In this document: positions 1-14,069 of the stretch, one piece after another
Layout of the letters: each line of letters starts with the position of its first letter
Numbering within the stretch: the first letter of the stretch is position 1
Notes under the pieces: generated by a model
What the model saw: only the letters and a program-made list of their open reading frames with translations
Database searches by the model: none
Told to the model about the DNA's origin: nothing
Origin: Schmidtea polychroa
Taxonomy: Eukaryota
DNA: 64,000 bases
Direction: 5' to 3'
NCBI GenBank assembly: GCA_044892525.1
Contig: CM097885.1
Coordinates: 37,758,001 to 37,822,000, forward strand
Position numbers and translations under genes: made by a program

Positions 1-2861
1 TGTCGGCTTAAAAGTTGTTCAGACCACATCGTACCTTTGTCGGAACCTTATGGACAGCTACCGGCGAGATTTTCGAGCTCCAGTTAATTCGTGGTGGAAA
101 CTTTCTTTTTTCTAAATTTACTCTTAAAAATGGAGTTGGAAATCTGTATATGAAAGGGAATTTCATCAATTAACAGAACCTGGGAGTTCTCAACTTTGCT
201 TCCGGATTGCACACAAGCTATACAATACCAGCGTCAATTGTGACGAGTGTGGTTTGGTCTAAATGTGTCTTTATTGAGGTTGTGACTGTTAAACTTTGAG
301 CTATAGTAGCGATACCGCAATTGAAACACATCAGTTGTCAAGGAGATGGGTCAACAGCCACAACTTCACACCTCGAGAAATATTAATTTTCCATTTTTCA
401 CATTTTTATGCTTCAATCAATTTTCTTTATTTATTGTTGAATTTTTGGTTTTAAATTATTTAGCACACTGTTAAGAATAAGATCAAATTTGTTGATATAA
501 TATTTTAATATAATAAAATCCAAAATCTGCCGTATCTCGTTTATTAAAACAACATGACGAATTTCTGAATAATAATACATACATCATCAATAATTATTTC
601 TGTGTTTTAATTTAGTTTCACCCTTTAGTGCCATACGGTACTTAAAAATCTTGCAATTATTTTCTTCCATAATTTAGTCATTTGAGCGTAATTCGAACAC
701 ATCGTTGGGACTAGTTTGCAGCGGTGAACATCTGTCGTGATTATTGGTTCAGCAGTTGTAGTGTGTATTCATGATTAAAATTTAATTTTTTAGTTAAATA
801 CAGATTTGGGCACTAAAGTGTTAATATTTAATTTAACATATTATTTTATTATTTACTGTCATCCTCACACTCACAATTTTTTGCATTTAATTCCAATTAC
901 TCGTCACTAGACAACCTTAACAATACAGAGTAAGTATAAAAAATTTTATTAATAAGAATATTAATCTCAAAGCGGATGTGATCTTTGGCATTGGGTTTCG
1001 TTAGCAACTATCTCATGAGTGTTTTAGAAACTGGTTAAATGATGGTTGAATAGTAACGGAGACAGTCAAATAGGTCAGCCATTTCTATAATGTCATTGAA
1101 CATAAGATTAGGAAATGACCCCTGGTTTAAAGTATAATTTGAGAAATATTTTGATATTTAAAATAACGCTTTGGTGGGTTGAGGGTAATCCACATTTTAC
1201 TCTTTCGTGTCGTTTCTCACGCAACTCAGAATACAATGTTTTTTACTCTACCCTCCGACACCCGTTAAGCAATCAACGTTGGTGATGTATCGCGTGGAGA
1301 ATGCTCGTGAAAAAAAGCGTGCCTCTGAATACTATAATTATCAAACATTCGAGTGGGTTTGCGGACTGCCGATAGAAGGCTTATTCCTGGTTTCAATCCG
1401 GTCCCTTATTCTATAAAACCAAGACATGCTAATTATTATTTATCTCAATCGGCGGAAATGGTAACCCGCAAATTTATAAAGGGTTTATGTGTTACATTAT
1501 GGTCAATTTCCGCAGAGTTATTTCATTGCTTGATGTAATAATATACTTTGAAATTTTTGAGCAGGGATCCACAGTTATCTCCTGATTTGAGTTTTAAGTT
1601 TCTTATAATATTGACATCGTTTGAAGTCAATCTTAAAATTTTGAGCAGAGATTCGCCCTGATTTCTCGTGTTATTGATTGATTTTAGCCCCTAGTCATAA
1701 TCGATATTTTGGTGTGCAAGCATGTGATTAAATTGATTAAAATTGATTAAACGTTAAATTGATTAATTTTGAATTTCAATTTTTATCAATTTTGATGGCG
1801 ATTTCTTATAATTTCTTATTTGTTTTATTTTCTAGTTTTTATATTTTAATTAATTTCGCCGCCATGATGAATATGGGTATTTTTTAGAATATTCTATGTT
1901 ACTTTACGGATTTTAATATATAATTCTTATTTCTTTTAATTTTTGGGTTATTCTATTTTTGATTTTTGATAATTTAATTTTTAAATGTTTATATTTTAGT
2001 TAGCTTCAACTAGTTACTTGACGGTCATGATGGGTTTCGCCATTTTATAGAATATTCTAGTTTTCTAGTAATCTCTAATATAATTTTGATTCCTAATTAA
2101 TTTTTTTAATGGTATTTTGTGGAATTCTTTTTCTGTTTCATTCATACTTTTCTTTTATCGCCATAATTTCAAATTCGTTAACTTCCGTTATGTGTACATG
2201 TTATGTTTGAGTTCGTTTCGTATAACTTCTTGCTTTTGTTTTATTTGACTTTAGTTTCGTGTTTATCATTTTGGTGTTAGTTGAATTCTTTTTAATGGTG
2301 TTTAATCGTTGTTTTGACGTGTTTTAAGTTTGACTTTACTTAGTGTTTTCAGAACGCATTCAGGTCAATTTTCATTTATGTGGGCTTAAAATCAGTTTTT
2401 CCCAACAGATTGATAAACATTATGTCGAAAATTTATTTTATGTTTATGAATTAGGTCAAAAACCAAATCCAATATAATTAGAAATAAAAACGTTTTGAGT
2501 ATAAATAAAACTTAGCACTCCATGTTTGTAGGTTAGTGTAAGTTGTTATTTTTATAGAAAATAAATGTTCTGGTAAAATTTAATTATTTTTAAAAATCTG
2601 TATATTAATTTGGAAAGTTAATATAGGAAAATTTATTTTGTTAAAATTATTTTAATCATGGGAATTTTGTAAGAGAAATGAGATAAATGTATAATACAAA
2701 AACATCTTAATTTCATCATTATGAAATTAAAATAATTAATGTATTTTATTTTTATATATTGGGGAGAAATTGTCTAGGATATAAATATCACTGTGCAAGG
2801 AAAAGATCCTTCATAACTAATAACACAAATTAATAACTGTCAATCAATAACGAATAATATA

Positions 2862-2876
2862 TATTATTATTATTAC

Positions 2877-2950
<74 letters not shown>
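2862..2950. repeat. (TTA)n microsatellite, ~30 units
   Basis: Direct reading of tattattat... with one tac interruption. Confidence 0.97.
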
Positions 2951-2951
<1 letters not shown>

Positions 2952-3415
2952 TGATATTTTTTGTTGTTAATACATCATTTATTAATCCAATAAAATGGAA
3001 AAGAATAAAATAAAAATATTTATTAATTGCAAAAATCGTAATGTGTAGAATAAAAGAAGTGGAGGAAAATTTATTTAAAAATGTATTTTGAAATAGAAAA
3101 TCTTATCAGAAGAGTTGTGTAAAGAGACTGATGTAATGACTGATTAATAAAGAAGGATTATTATTTGATTCAAGGAAACGCATTAAGTACTTTGTAAACG
3201 TCACCTTTCATGCTCAACTATTTCCGTTAATTGATGAACGATTGCTAATAGGAATGGGCAAATTTTAGCTCTTGCAAATGTTAATAATGACGACGATAAG
3301 ACTGTTTCATAGGTAACATACGGTATGGGAATTTAATATAAATTTTTTACAAATAGTTACAGAAATAATATTAGTTTTGACAAATAGATTTGCAGAATCG
3401 ATATGAATTGTGACA

Positions 3416-3417
<2 letters not shown>

Positions 3418-3509
<92 letters not shown>
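3418..3509. repeat. (AAT)n microsatellite, ~30 units
   Basis: Direct reading; explains the poly-Tyr ORF 3371..3553. Confidence 0.97.
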
Positions 3510-3511
<2 letters not shown>

Positions 3512-3909
3512 CAAATTAGAAAATAACAATATTAAATTATAAGAAAGCACCACTTAAATATTAGTTTTACAATATATTTCGGTAGTTTTCCTGTCGTCAT
3601 CAGGTAGAATAGAATAACTAGATAAATTAGAGATTTTTGAATTTTTTTTTAGAGATTTTTTTATTAATTATATAATTTTTTAATAAAAAAATATTTTTTA
3701 AATTATAAAAATTATAATTTAAATAATAAATTTTTTTTAATTTGTAGAAAAAATATGGAGATTTTAAAATATTGAAATTTAAAATTTATTTAACGGGAAC
3801 TTTTTAACAATCCAATAAAATCAAGAGGGATGGAAGAAAAACATTTTATTCATAGTAATTGAAATCTTTAAATTTGCAATTTAGAAAACATTAATGAAAT
3901 TTATAATTT

Positions 3910-4560
3910 TTTAAAAATTACGTCTTTTAGATGCCGTTCTTTTGTACAAATGCATTCTTGAGATTCTTTATTGACCGCCGCAACATCTCAGCTGGGACAC
4001 TGTGAATTTCATCCTGAATTTGCAGTTTTAACTCATCCAGAGTTCTTGCTCGAGTTGTATACACTTGACTCTTGAGATAGCTCTACAATAAAAAATCACA
4101 AACGGATAAATTTTGGGCAAGGAAACTTTACCGAATCTTTAGATCACACAGTTATCTCACAATTATGGCGCAGCTTCCATTGATTGTCGTGCAAGATGTG
4201 ATGTTGCTCCATCCTGTTGAAACCAGGTTTCTTGAACGTGTGGAAAATTTCTCAATTCAGGTGTAACGAAGGATTGTAACGATCCTTATTAACAGTATCC
4301 CCTGTTCATTTTCAAAAAAATAAGGTCTAATGATTCCCTGTAATGAAACAGCGCCCCATACTGTCACCTTACTAGAGTGTAAAGGGCACCAATGAACTTC
4401 ATTAGGATTTTTGTCTGTCCAGTAACGGTAGTTCTGCTTATTCACGTAACCTGTGAGATGAAAATGGGCCTCATCTGACATCCACAACTTGCTTAGAAAT
4501 TCATCTTCCTTGTTTATGTTTGTTATCATTTGTTGACAGAATTCTAATACCAACACAAAT
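3910..4560 (-). pseudogene. Tc1/mariner-superfamily (DD37D-like) transposase remnant
   Basis: ORF 4257..4556 has WMSDEAHFHLTGYVNKQNYRYW...PLHSSKVTVWGAVSLQGIIRPYFFE; downstream frames give WFQQDGATSH and YLKSQVY...TLDELK; frameshifts and stops. Confidence 0.85.
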
Positions 4561-4855
4561 TTAGACTTATCAACCTTACACTCGTTATTTAATTTAACTT
4601 ATTATCTAACTCCCTTATATTAATAAAATCACACCCAGCTTTTCTCAGGCTTCGATCTTTAGGATTTTTAATAAATTTATCAACAGTCTCTTTTACTATA
4701 ATTAATAAAAAGGATTTTGAATAACCGTTCTTCATTAACAATTTAACCAATTTATATAACACTTTTTACTGAATTTACAAAGTAGAAGACAAAGATCATG
4801 AACGATAAATCAATCCCTTCACCATATTTCTCTTAATTTGAATTCACAAAATCTT

Positions 4856-5052
4856 NNNNNNNNNNNNNNNNNNNNNNNNNNNNNNNNNNNNNNNNNNNNN
4901 NNNNNNNNNNNNNNNNNNNNNNNNNNNNNNNNNNNNNNNNNNNNNNNNNNNNNNNNNNNNNNNNNNNNNNNNNNNNNNNNNNNNNNNNNNNNNNNNNNNN
5001 NNNNNNNNNNNNNNNNNNNNNNNNNNNNNNNNNNNNNNNNNNNNNNNNNNNN
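4856..5052. other. Assembly gap (N run)
   Basis: Run of n. Confidence 1.
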
Positions 5053-5399
5053 TAAAATTTGTTCTCATTATTCCTGTTATAGAATTCTATTGTTAGTAAT
5101 AACTGTAAATTGAACTGGGGATTTGTGATGGTTCATGTGCTTAATCGTGTAAATTAATTATTAATTAATTATGATATTTTATTTATACCTCTTTCATAAA
5201 TGAGTATTGCTTATTTAAACCTTATTTATTGTTAACAATATCAATAATTATATTCTGTTTTTCTATTTTTCTCTCTGTAGAATCCTCGTTGATTAATATT
5301 ATGATATATATTTTTACTCCTTCAGTTCATTTATGAATCTTTGGGCTGAACAGAAAATCTCGAGGAATTATGTTGTTATCCGAAGAGAAACATTAATAT

Positions 5400-6380
5400 A
5401 TTTGTTGATTTTGAGAAGTTAAAATGGGTGTTGCTGTAATATTTACATTAGAAGGATGTGGATTTGCTCTTTTAGGATATAATGAAACTTTTGGAACACC
5501 AAACAAAGAAAATTTCTGAGGCCTGTTTGAATTAAATAAAGTTTCGTGTATTTTTTTTCAATCATAATAAACATTCAAAAAATAGATTATATAGGTCTCT
5601 TTCAAATTTGATTACAGAATATGTAGTGAGCATTCAGAGGCCTAATAATCCAAACTTGCGACCAAGGCAAGGATAAAAAATTTACACTCTTTCAAAGAAA
5701 TTGTATGCATTAAGATACGAATCAGTTTTTAATAGCGAAATAATAAATGCATGATTTTGTAACAATATTTTTATTGAAAAGAACAACAAAGTTAGTTAGC
5801 TACCCCTACAAGTTACAAATTAATGTTCCTAATTAAAAATCATAATAATTTATAGTAAAATATCTAATTCGAAAATTTCAGAAAAATTTATTAAAAAATG
5901 ATCATTGTTTCTGCGACCCTTGAGATACTACCCTTAATCAGGAGCAGTGTTCACTTGGCCTTCATATCAGCACAGTAAGCATATGCAATTTTTAGTTAAT
6001 AGAGTAAGAAATTTGAGAAAAGCAGGTTACTTCAGTTTTTGTGTGGACTCTCATGTTGATCAGCTAACGCTTATAGTAAAATATGTATCGATAAATGATC
6101 CGCTTTTTAACCTTTCTGTAACAAAAAAACATCGGTGAAAATATTGCGGATATTGAAGTGACTTCCTTAAGTTATAAAATGTCTTGGAAATACGGTGGAA
6201 TGCAGAAAATATTCCTAAGAAAAGTAAGCACATTATGCATATTCACTGTACCGCACATTCACAAAACTTTATTGGCCATGGTGCAGATGTTGCATAAGAA
6301 ATATACATGGTTTTTTATCATTCTTCAAAGTAAAAGCTAGAGTGCCAAGGCATTTGTCTGGCACAAGTTGGAACTCACTT
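5400..6380 (+). pseudogene. Degenerate hAT (ZMYM1-like) transposase fragments
   Basis: Frames read GFALLGYNETFGTPNKENF*GLFEL, AGYFSFCVDSHVDQLTLIVKYV and PRHLSGT, matching motif order in ZMYM1-like hAT transposases. Confidence 0.5.
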
Positions 6381-7396
6381 ACTCAATCTTTTCTTTGATA
6401 TTAAGAATGAAATTAAATTTATCATTGAAATTATTTAACAGACCGTAAGATAATTATTGCAAGACGTTTATTTTCTGTCCAACACGAATTTCCGGCACAG
6501 CCATTTTTAATGTTGTTGCTTCATTTTCAATATCGAAATCGTATTTCTGTTGATCATTTTTGTAATAAATTGTAATTGCAAAACAAATATCTTGGCTATT
6601 CAAGTAAAATCAAATAATTTTTGTCAAACCAATTTCGAAAATAAGACGTTTCTGAAGATGTCTCAATTGCGCCAGGAATCCGTAATGATCAAATGGGTTT
6701 ATTTTAGAAATAATTCATTTAAATAGATATTTCTGTATTTTTAGATGACAGCTGGAATGAAGATGGCGTAAATTTTGGTTATTTTGTTTCTGGTAATTTT
6801 TATACACAATTTAGGATGAGAGAAATATTTTAAGGTGAAACTGAAGGAAATACGTGTTGGCTGTCGTTTGCTACAACAATGTTCAAAATGAAATTATAAT
6901 GCAGGAAAGAAAAGAGACTCTTTCTTGCAGTGCCAAAATATAATAAATAGTAATATTATAAATTAATTTATTTTAAGTATACGATAGACATTTTACTTAT
7001 TATCCGGTATTTTAAACAAAAAAAATAAAGAAGCGAAAAAATATTTTTTTTATTATTTTTTATATTTGCAACGACATTTTTATATAAAAGTGAATAAATT
7101 AATAATAAAAGATGTTAAAATCAGGTTTGGGACTAACCCATATCCAGAAAAAAATTACTTATATATAATAAGAGTATAATAAACATGTTTGACCAGGAAG
7201 AATTTTCTAAGAGAATTTAATAATTTAAATATTGAATCCATTCAACCATTAAATTATAGTAGTACACCAAACACCACTGTGAACCGTTTCCTATAATATA
7301 ACAAAAAATCAATAATCTTACATTAGAGAAACATACATACTTACTTTGATTTGAAGTTGATGTTCTCATTTATAGTTCAGTGAGATACATCTTATA

Positions 7397-8241
7397 CACC
7401 CGTCTGCACTGAATAAACGCGTCTATAATATGGGTTGGTGTGTACAACCCATATTATAGATGCGTCATAATTTGTGATGAAATGTATTCAGTTTTAGATG
7501 GATTTTCAAACAATTTCAATGTAATCATTTTGTATTTCTGATGAAATAGTTAATTTATGATTAACTATTTTAGCCATTTTAGAAATGGCTTTCAAGTAAT
7601 TTTTTTTTATTTAAAGTAAATTTAAAGATTTGAATTTTGATCCATATAGATATAAGATCATTATTCAAGCTCTTAAATATTACTTTTTATCAACAATTTT
7701 ATTATAAATTATGATTAAATTTCAAGGTTTTTAGGATTTTTATGAAATTTTATGAAGTTATTTTGAACTATTTCGATATAATGTAAGTCACATATATTTT
7801 TAACTATAAATAAATAAAGTAATTAGTCGAATTTTGTCATGTTCTATTAAAAAAACTAATATTAAATTTATTAAAAATTGAAGATAAATCTTACGAAATA
7901 ATCTCTTTATTATCTATACAACTCAAAGTTGAGTTTTCGGAATTTTCGTCAAAATTTTATCGGTCATTTTTTTCTAAAAATGTCTGTAAATGATTTATTA
8001 TAGTGCGTTTATTCATTACAACGATTCTACATATCGAAAATTTGCATGCACTTTTTACTATGTGTTGTGTTTGTGTGTGTCAGTTTATTTTTTCTACCAC
8101 TTTCTCACTTTCTATATTAAATGCGTTTATTCATTGCAACGCTAAAAATTAACACACAGGTAAGTTTGTATTTTTATATAATATATACGTATTGATTTTA
8201 TTTTTACATTATAAGATGCGTTTATTCAGTGCAAACGGGTG
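7397..8241. mobile_element. Tc1/mariner-type MITE, ~845 bp, TA target duplication
   Basis: ta|cacccgtctgcactgaataaacgcgtctataat ... attataagatgcgtttattcagtgcaaacgggtg|ta: ~33-bp TIRs with few mismatches; no ORF. Confidence 0.8.
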
Positions 8242-8244
8242 TAC

Positions 8245-8860
8245 TATAGAAATCTGAAAAGTGGAAGAAAAATTAAAAACTGCGCACAAACGCAACACAT
8301 ACTAAAAAAACACATACAAACTTTTGATTCGTAGAAATGCACCGCTGAGATACTTTCTATAGTAATTTTATTTTAGACAATTTTTAGAAAAAAAAGATCG
8401 CTGAAAAGTTTTAAAAATATATTTTTAATGAAAATATCAAGAGCAGATGAATTTGGTTCAATGTCTTTTCAATCCAGATTTGATTTCCTGAAAGAAGCCC
8501 TTCATATTGAGCTCAGAAAAAAAATTACAGAAATTTAAAAAAATTATTTTATTTATATTCGGCGATTTTTCTAAAATGTTTTAGAAAAATAATTATTTGT
8601 GGTGATTGATTGATTTATTTAATTATAATTAAAAATATATTTGACTCACATTTTTTCGAAATAATTCTAAAATAATTAAAAATAAATGTCATAAAATTCC
8701 AAAAATCTCTGAAAATTAAAAATAATATATAATTATACTGTTGACTAAAAGTAAAATTTAAGAACTTGAATAATGGATCTATATGGATCAAAATTCAAGA
8801 CTTAAAATTTACTTAAAATTAAATATCTTACCTGAAATCCATTTCTAAAATGGCTAAAAT
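8245..8860. repeat. Diverged inverted copy of ~7560-8115 (foldback arm)
   Basis: Reverse complements of 8245-8400 and 8720-8860 align by eye with 7950-8115 and 7565-7710 (e.g. attttagccattttagaaatgg; ttgaattttgatccatatagat). Confidence 0.75.
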
Positions 8861-9699
8861 AAATTTCCAAAATACATTCATGTAGAGCAATTCAGTAAAT
8901 GATAAATTCATAAATTGATAAAGATGATTAATTGATAAATTTGTGAGTGAATTGCTCTTCGCGCCAACCACCACTATAGAGAATGTATCTCAGTGGTGTT
9001 TGGTGTAGTATGTTGTGAGCCTGTAACACCAAAAGGAAAATACCACCCGCTCTAATAAGCATACCGTCCAACGACAGAGCAAGAAGGATATATTGAAAAG
9101 ATTTCACCCCCTTAAATATTGTTTTCTGACTTTACAGAAATTTTCGTGACGAATTTCAAAGATTTATAGCTCATTCGATTTGCAACAATCTCTTCTACAA
9201 AGCGCAGTCTAAATTAACTCTTATTAACCATGTATTTCTAACTAAATTGTCTACGAATTTCTGAATATTGCTTGAAAATAATAATGTACTAACTAAAATA
9301 CGTAAGAATTTGCTAAATGATACCCAAATAACAATTTTTTACTAAGAATTTATGAAATGTTACCCTAAATATTAATACATTTCTAACAAATATATAAATT
9401 GCTTATGAATTTGTTTAAGGATACTTCAAATGACAATGCATTTTTAATTAATATACTTAGATTGACCAAGGTTTTTATCAAGTATTTATACGTTGTCTAT
9501 GAATTTGCTAAGTATTACTGAAAACCTCCATATAAAGTACATTCTATTTGCAAACAATTCTTCTTCGGGTGTATTTCTTAAAGGTAGGTGTATTTATAAG
9601 AGAAATATTGAAAACAAATGTTTGATACACCATATTCAATAAAATATTGAATACATTATTGGGTTCGTACTCTACAAGAATTATTTTGGTGTCATTTTC

Positions 9700-9870
9700 C
9701 ATTTATCGACTGATATTTTGTTTATAGTTCCCGATTCTCCCGATATTGCATGTTGTTTGATATTATGACGACTTTTGAACTTTTCTAGCCATCCTTCACT
9801 GGCATTAAAGTCTGATCGGTCAATCCCAAGAGCATCCGATATTTTGAGGGCCTTTGAATGAAATCTCTAA
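9700..9870 (-). pseudogene. pogo/Tigger transposase CENP-B-type HTH fragment
   Basis: Minus frame FHSKALKISDALGIDRSDFNASEGWLEKFKSRHNIKQHAISGESG. Confidence 0.8.
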
Positions 9871-10029
9871 TTAACAATTATTATTTTTTAATTTATAAAA
9901 CATTTGCATTTTACATTATACATTTAAATTGTTAATTTGGAAATACTATTTTAAAAATATTTTACATAAATTATCTTTAAAAGTTAATATTTAATTTTTA
10001 AATATATATTTATTGGTAAATGGTAATTT

Positions 10030-10228
10030 NNNNNNNNNNNNNNNNNNNNNNNNNNNNNNNNNNNNNNNNNNNNNNNNNNNNNNNNNNNNNNNNNNNNNNN
10101 NNNNNNNNNNNNNNNNNNNNNNNNNNNNNNNNNNNNNNNNNNNNNNNNNNNNNNNNNNNNNNNNNNNNNNNNNNNNNNNNNNNNNNNNNNNNNNNNNNNN
10201 NNNNNNNNNNNNNNNNNNNNNNNNNNNN
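10030..10228. other. Assembly gap (N run)
   Basis: Run of n. Confidence 1.
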
Positions 10229-10309
10229 TTTATTATATATAGTCAGAGTTTATCCGACAAGATATTTTGTCCCTCTATCGGTATTGGTCACAAGGGTACT
10301 GCTCACACT

Positions 10310-10480
10310 NNNNNNNNNNNNNNNNNNNNNNNNNNNNNNNNNNNNNNNNNNNNNNNNNNNNNNNNNNNNNNNNNNNNNNNNNNNNNNNNNNNNNNNNNNN
10401 NNNNNNNNNNNNNNNNNNNNNNNNNNNNNNNNNNNNNNNNNNNNNNNNNNNNNNNNNNNNNNNNNNNNNNNNNNNNNNNN
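10310..10480. other. Assembly gap (N run)
   Basis: Run of n. Confidence 1.
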
Positions 10481-12034
10481 CAATGACTATCTTATAGTCG
10501 AAAAATTTTTCATTAAATAAATCATTCGTAAATTCGTATTTAAATTTTATTTTAATTCAATATTGAATATTATTTTAATATTTCAATAGTAACGCAATAA
10601 TTTGTTTATCAAAAAAGTCCAAATTGACAATAATTATTATGGTTAGATTTATGTACAAACACTATACAAGCTTAAAAACTTCAAACAGTCCTCTTTACTG
10701 GAGCTATGTAATATTATTAATATGATGCAGCATAACAGCTGGAGTTGCTTAAAACCAGTTGAACTTTGTACATAGACAAAACTGTAATAAGAAAAAGGCG
10801 AGGCCGTCTGGTTAGGGCAGTCTCAGCACTGCTGAGTAAGCAGTAATCTGCACTACTGAAGAATATGCCTGCTGCTGTGCTGCATCAACTATGTTTAACA
10901 ACATAGCAGAGTAATAGGTACTATCAATAATAATAATATTCTATAAACGGTTACTCTGAGCAGCTGTATGCCGCAGTGATAGTAGAATACATTTCAATCC
11001 ATTTAGCTCTTCCAAATCAAAGATATATTAAATTGTTAGTGTCAGTGATCGGATTAATCTTAATGCTAGTACACATTCATAAAAATTATCTTTGGGGGGC
11101 GCCAATTAGGATTCAACAGGACCGTGGAGGGGTGACTCGCCCCCCACGATTATAGCTAAATCCGCCACTGGTTTTTACTGAACCCATCATATTGACGAAT
11201 ACATTAAAATGCAGATTTTTTAGTTAAAATTAATTGAAAAGAAATTTATTATTACAAAAATGATTTAATAAAAAACATAGTTAAAATATTTTTTTATTTT
11301 ATTTGTTTTATTTCATATTTTTTTATTTCATTTTAAAAAGTTTGATATTTGTTAGATTGACGGGTTTGGGGAATCTAGGTGTTAAGCACTAAATAGAATT
11401 ACTTGTTTTTCGTGTATTTCTGTGTAAGATCTTTAGAATAGAGGAACAGGGGAAAAAGTACATATTTGAATGATTGATGTCTGATATTAATTTTTAAAAA
11501 AAATATCCAAAAATATTTTGAAATATTTTGCTCCATCCTTTGGTAAATGTTTCCGTTTCGTAATCTAATAAATAAATGAATATTGAAATCTGGAGTACCT
11601 GTAAAAGACGTAATATTTAATGACGGAAAACTTGCCCAAACAGTATAAAAGTAGTTGTTACAGCAGCATAAATTTGTTTTAATGTAAATATATTTTGATA
11701 AACAGATTTAATATAAAATAATAAATTAACTAAATAAATAAAATTGCATAATAAGTAACCCGTTAGCTACCGAATTTTTTTTTCGGAAATATGATGATAA
11801 TTTAATGGGGCATTTAAAAATTGGGTAATATTAGTTTGGCAATATTTAAATTAAATTTTGGAATTCATTTTACTAACTTTGGCCTTTAAATTAATTACAG
11901 AGGACATTAATTAAATTACTCAGCATACTACCACGTACTAGCCCTAAATTTTATTACTTTGGGGAAAATCTTAATTAAAATGTTTATGAAATTTATTTGT
12001 AAAAATATTAAATTATTAAATTATTATTTGGCAA

Positions 12035-12379
12035 GTTGAATTTCTGACAAATACAAACGAAAACAACTGGAAAAATGCTAGGTGTTCATGTCCTGCGTAT
12101 CAAAAAAATTACATTTGCAAACATGTCATTGGTTTATCGACACGACTCAAATTTGTTACCATTCCAAATTTAGCAAAGACTGTTCCAATTGGAGAGAAAC
12201 GGAAAAGAGGTCGTCCAAGTCTTGCATTGAAGGCTTTGGAGTATCAACCAATCTCAACTCAAATCAAAACCAAAACTTTGCTCACAAATGTAGAGCAAGG
12301 ACCCCAGAATATGATTCAGATATTCAACCAGCCAAAAGACGCCGTGGAAGACCGCCAAAGACCGTCACAAAAGTGTTGA
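12035..12379 (+). pseudogene. MULE/MuDR-type transposase C-terminus with SWIM zinc finger
   Basis: Frame not in ORF track: NARCSCPAYQKNYICKHVIGLSTRLKFVTIPNLAKTVPIGEKRKRGRPSLALKAL (CxC...CxH SWIM plus KRKRGRP). Confidence 0.75.
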
Positions 12380-12679
12380 ATCCTTTAAAGTTTGCTTTAA
12401 TTCTATAATTTGTTTTATTATGCATTTATAGCCTGAATAAATTCATGAAATATATTTTTGTCATTTGTAATAGAACTTACTTCACTGATGACTTTAAACA
12501 ACCCTTATTTGCTTAAAATTCAAAACCTCCTTGATGGAAGTGGTTATTGTTATAGCGATCATTGTTTCTACAAACTCCATTACAGTGGAAGCTGCTTAAT
12601 ATGATCACTTTGGGACAGAGTAAAACTGATAACATCAACCAATGAAAATAAAGCAAAAAAAACTTCTGGGGCATAATTT

Positions 12680-12880
12680 TTGACCAGTTTGACTTTTTTG
12701 TGCAACTGGTTGAAATTCTTCCTGTAGACAGTCTAAATTTTATAGACTGGCTACAGCTATTTGACCAGTTTGACTTTTAATTTTATATTTTCGATCAATG
12801 TTTTGACCAGTTAACACAAGATCCATTTTTTGATCTATCGAGTTTCGACCAGTCATCATTCGACCAGTTGACCCCCTTCT
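12680..12880. repeat. Subterminal repeat cluster (tt(t/c)gaccagtt x5), probable DNA-transposon end
   Basis: Five copies of (t/c)gaccagt ending ttcgaccagttgacccc, downstream of the SWIM fragment. Confidence 0.55.
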
Positions 12881-13289
12881 CATTGTGATTACATTAAGCG
12901 GCGTCCTCAATTTATATATTTTTTATCAATACCTTAATCATTTAATGACCGAAGTAAAAATATTGAAGACAATTTTTCTATTTATTTAATGGCCAAGTTT
13001 TTTTTTAATTTAAGGGCCACAGTAATAACATTCATCACCTAATAATATTTTAATTAAGACCATGTAAAATTTAAGTCCAGACTTAGTATAATTATGACCA
13101 CAGTAATAGCCTCCCTTTAAAAATTACGAAAAAAAATTTGGGCACATAAAAATTCTTCTATAGAATCAAATTCTGAGTTAAATTCAAAGGCTGAAGAATA
13201 TGAGGTGTGATCTCTAGCTGAATTCATAATATGACAGTTAATATTTTCAAATTTAAAGTTTTATATATTAAATAGCCTATTTAAAGAAA

Positions 13290-13530
13290 TTTTCGTGTTT
13301 AGTAATTAATGAAAAAAATTTTCGCGTTTACTAATTAATGAAATTTTTTTTCGTAATTTTAAATAATGTAAAAATTTTCGCGTTTACTAATTTATGCAAT
13401 TTTTTTTCGTAATTTTAAATAATGTATAAAATTTTCGCATTTACTAATTTATGCAATTTCTTTCGTAATTTTAAATAATACATTTTTTTTCGCAATTTTT
13501 AAATAATGCTTATCTTTTTTCGTAATTTTT
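13290..13530. repeat. AT-rich tandem repeat, ~55-bp degenerate units
   Basis: Repeats of aaattttcgcgtttactaatt(a/t)atg and cgtaattttaaataatg. Confidence 0.8.
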
Positions 13531-14069
13531 AAATTTCTCTAATTTTATTTGAAATCCGGACTAATTCTTGTATGTGTGTATGTGTAATTGTATTTACCTT
13601 TATTGAAGTAAAACTTTCAGTATGCCGAATCACTAAATAATGAAATTGGTGACGTATGTAGCACATACACACAAATTGAAATAGAAAACTTTTTCTTCTT
13701 GTTCTTGATTTTGTTTTTATTGTTGTTGATTTAGATGAAAATGATGATGTTGATGATGATAATGATAAGCACACACAAAATTTAACTCAACAATATATAA
13801 AACTTGTTTGTCGATAAATAAAATCTTTCCGCGATCGCGATTGTTTTGTAATATTTAGGGGAAATAGATGGGAAATTTTTATCTAAATCTGCAGAGTAAT
13901 TAGTGCTCTATTTTTTAAAAAAGCCGGATTAAAAAATTTTTACCCGTTCTCGAGTTAACCGATATGGACAATAAAGCAAGCACTTTCAAAATTGGTTATG
14001 ATAGTGTAATAAAATACGATAAAGTGGCGGTAGGTTAGTATTAAAATCTTGATTAATAATAAATTTTAT

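Noticed and set aside
1-1560. Moderately GC-rich blocks and short ORFs 1207..1416 and 1353..1538
   Set aside because: No motif or consistent exon chain that I could recognise in any frame.
3371-3553. Poly-Tyr ORF
   Set aside because: Translation of the (AAT)n microsatellite.
4838-10520. ORFs containing X runs, and the 81-bp island at 10229-10309
   Set aside because: Artefacts of N gaps; the island is too short to interpret.
11090-11170. Isolated hAT-like end tagctaaatccgccactg
   Set aside because: No matching left end or TSD found.
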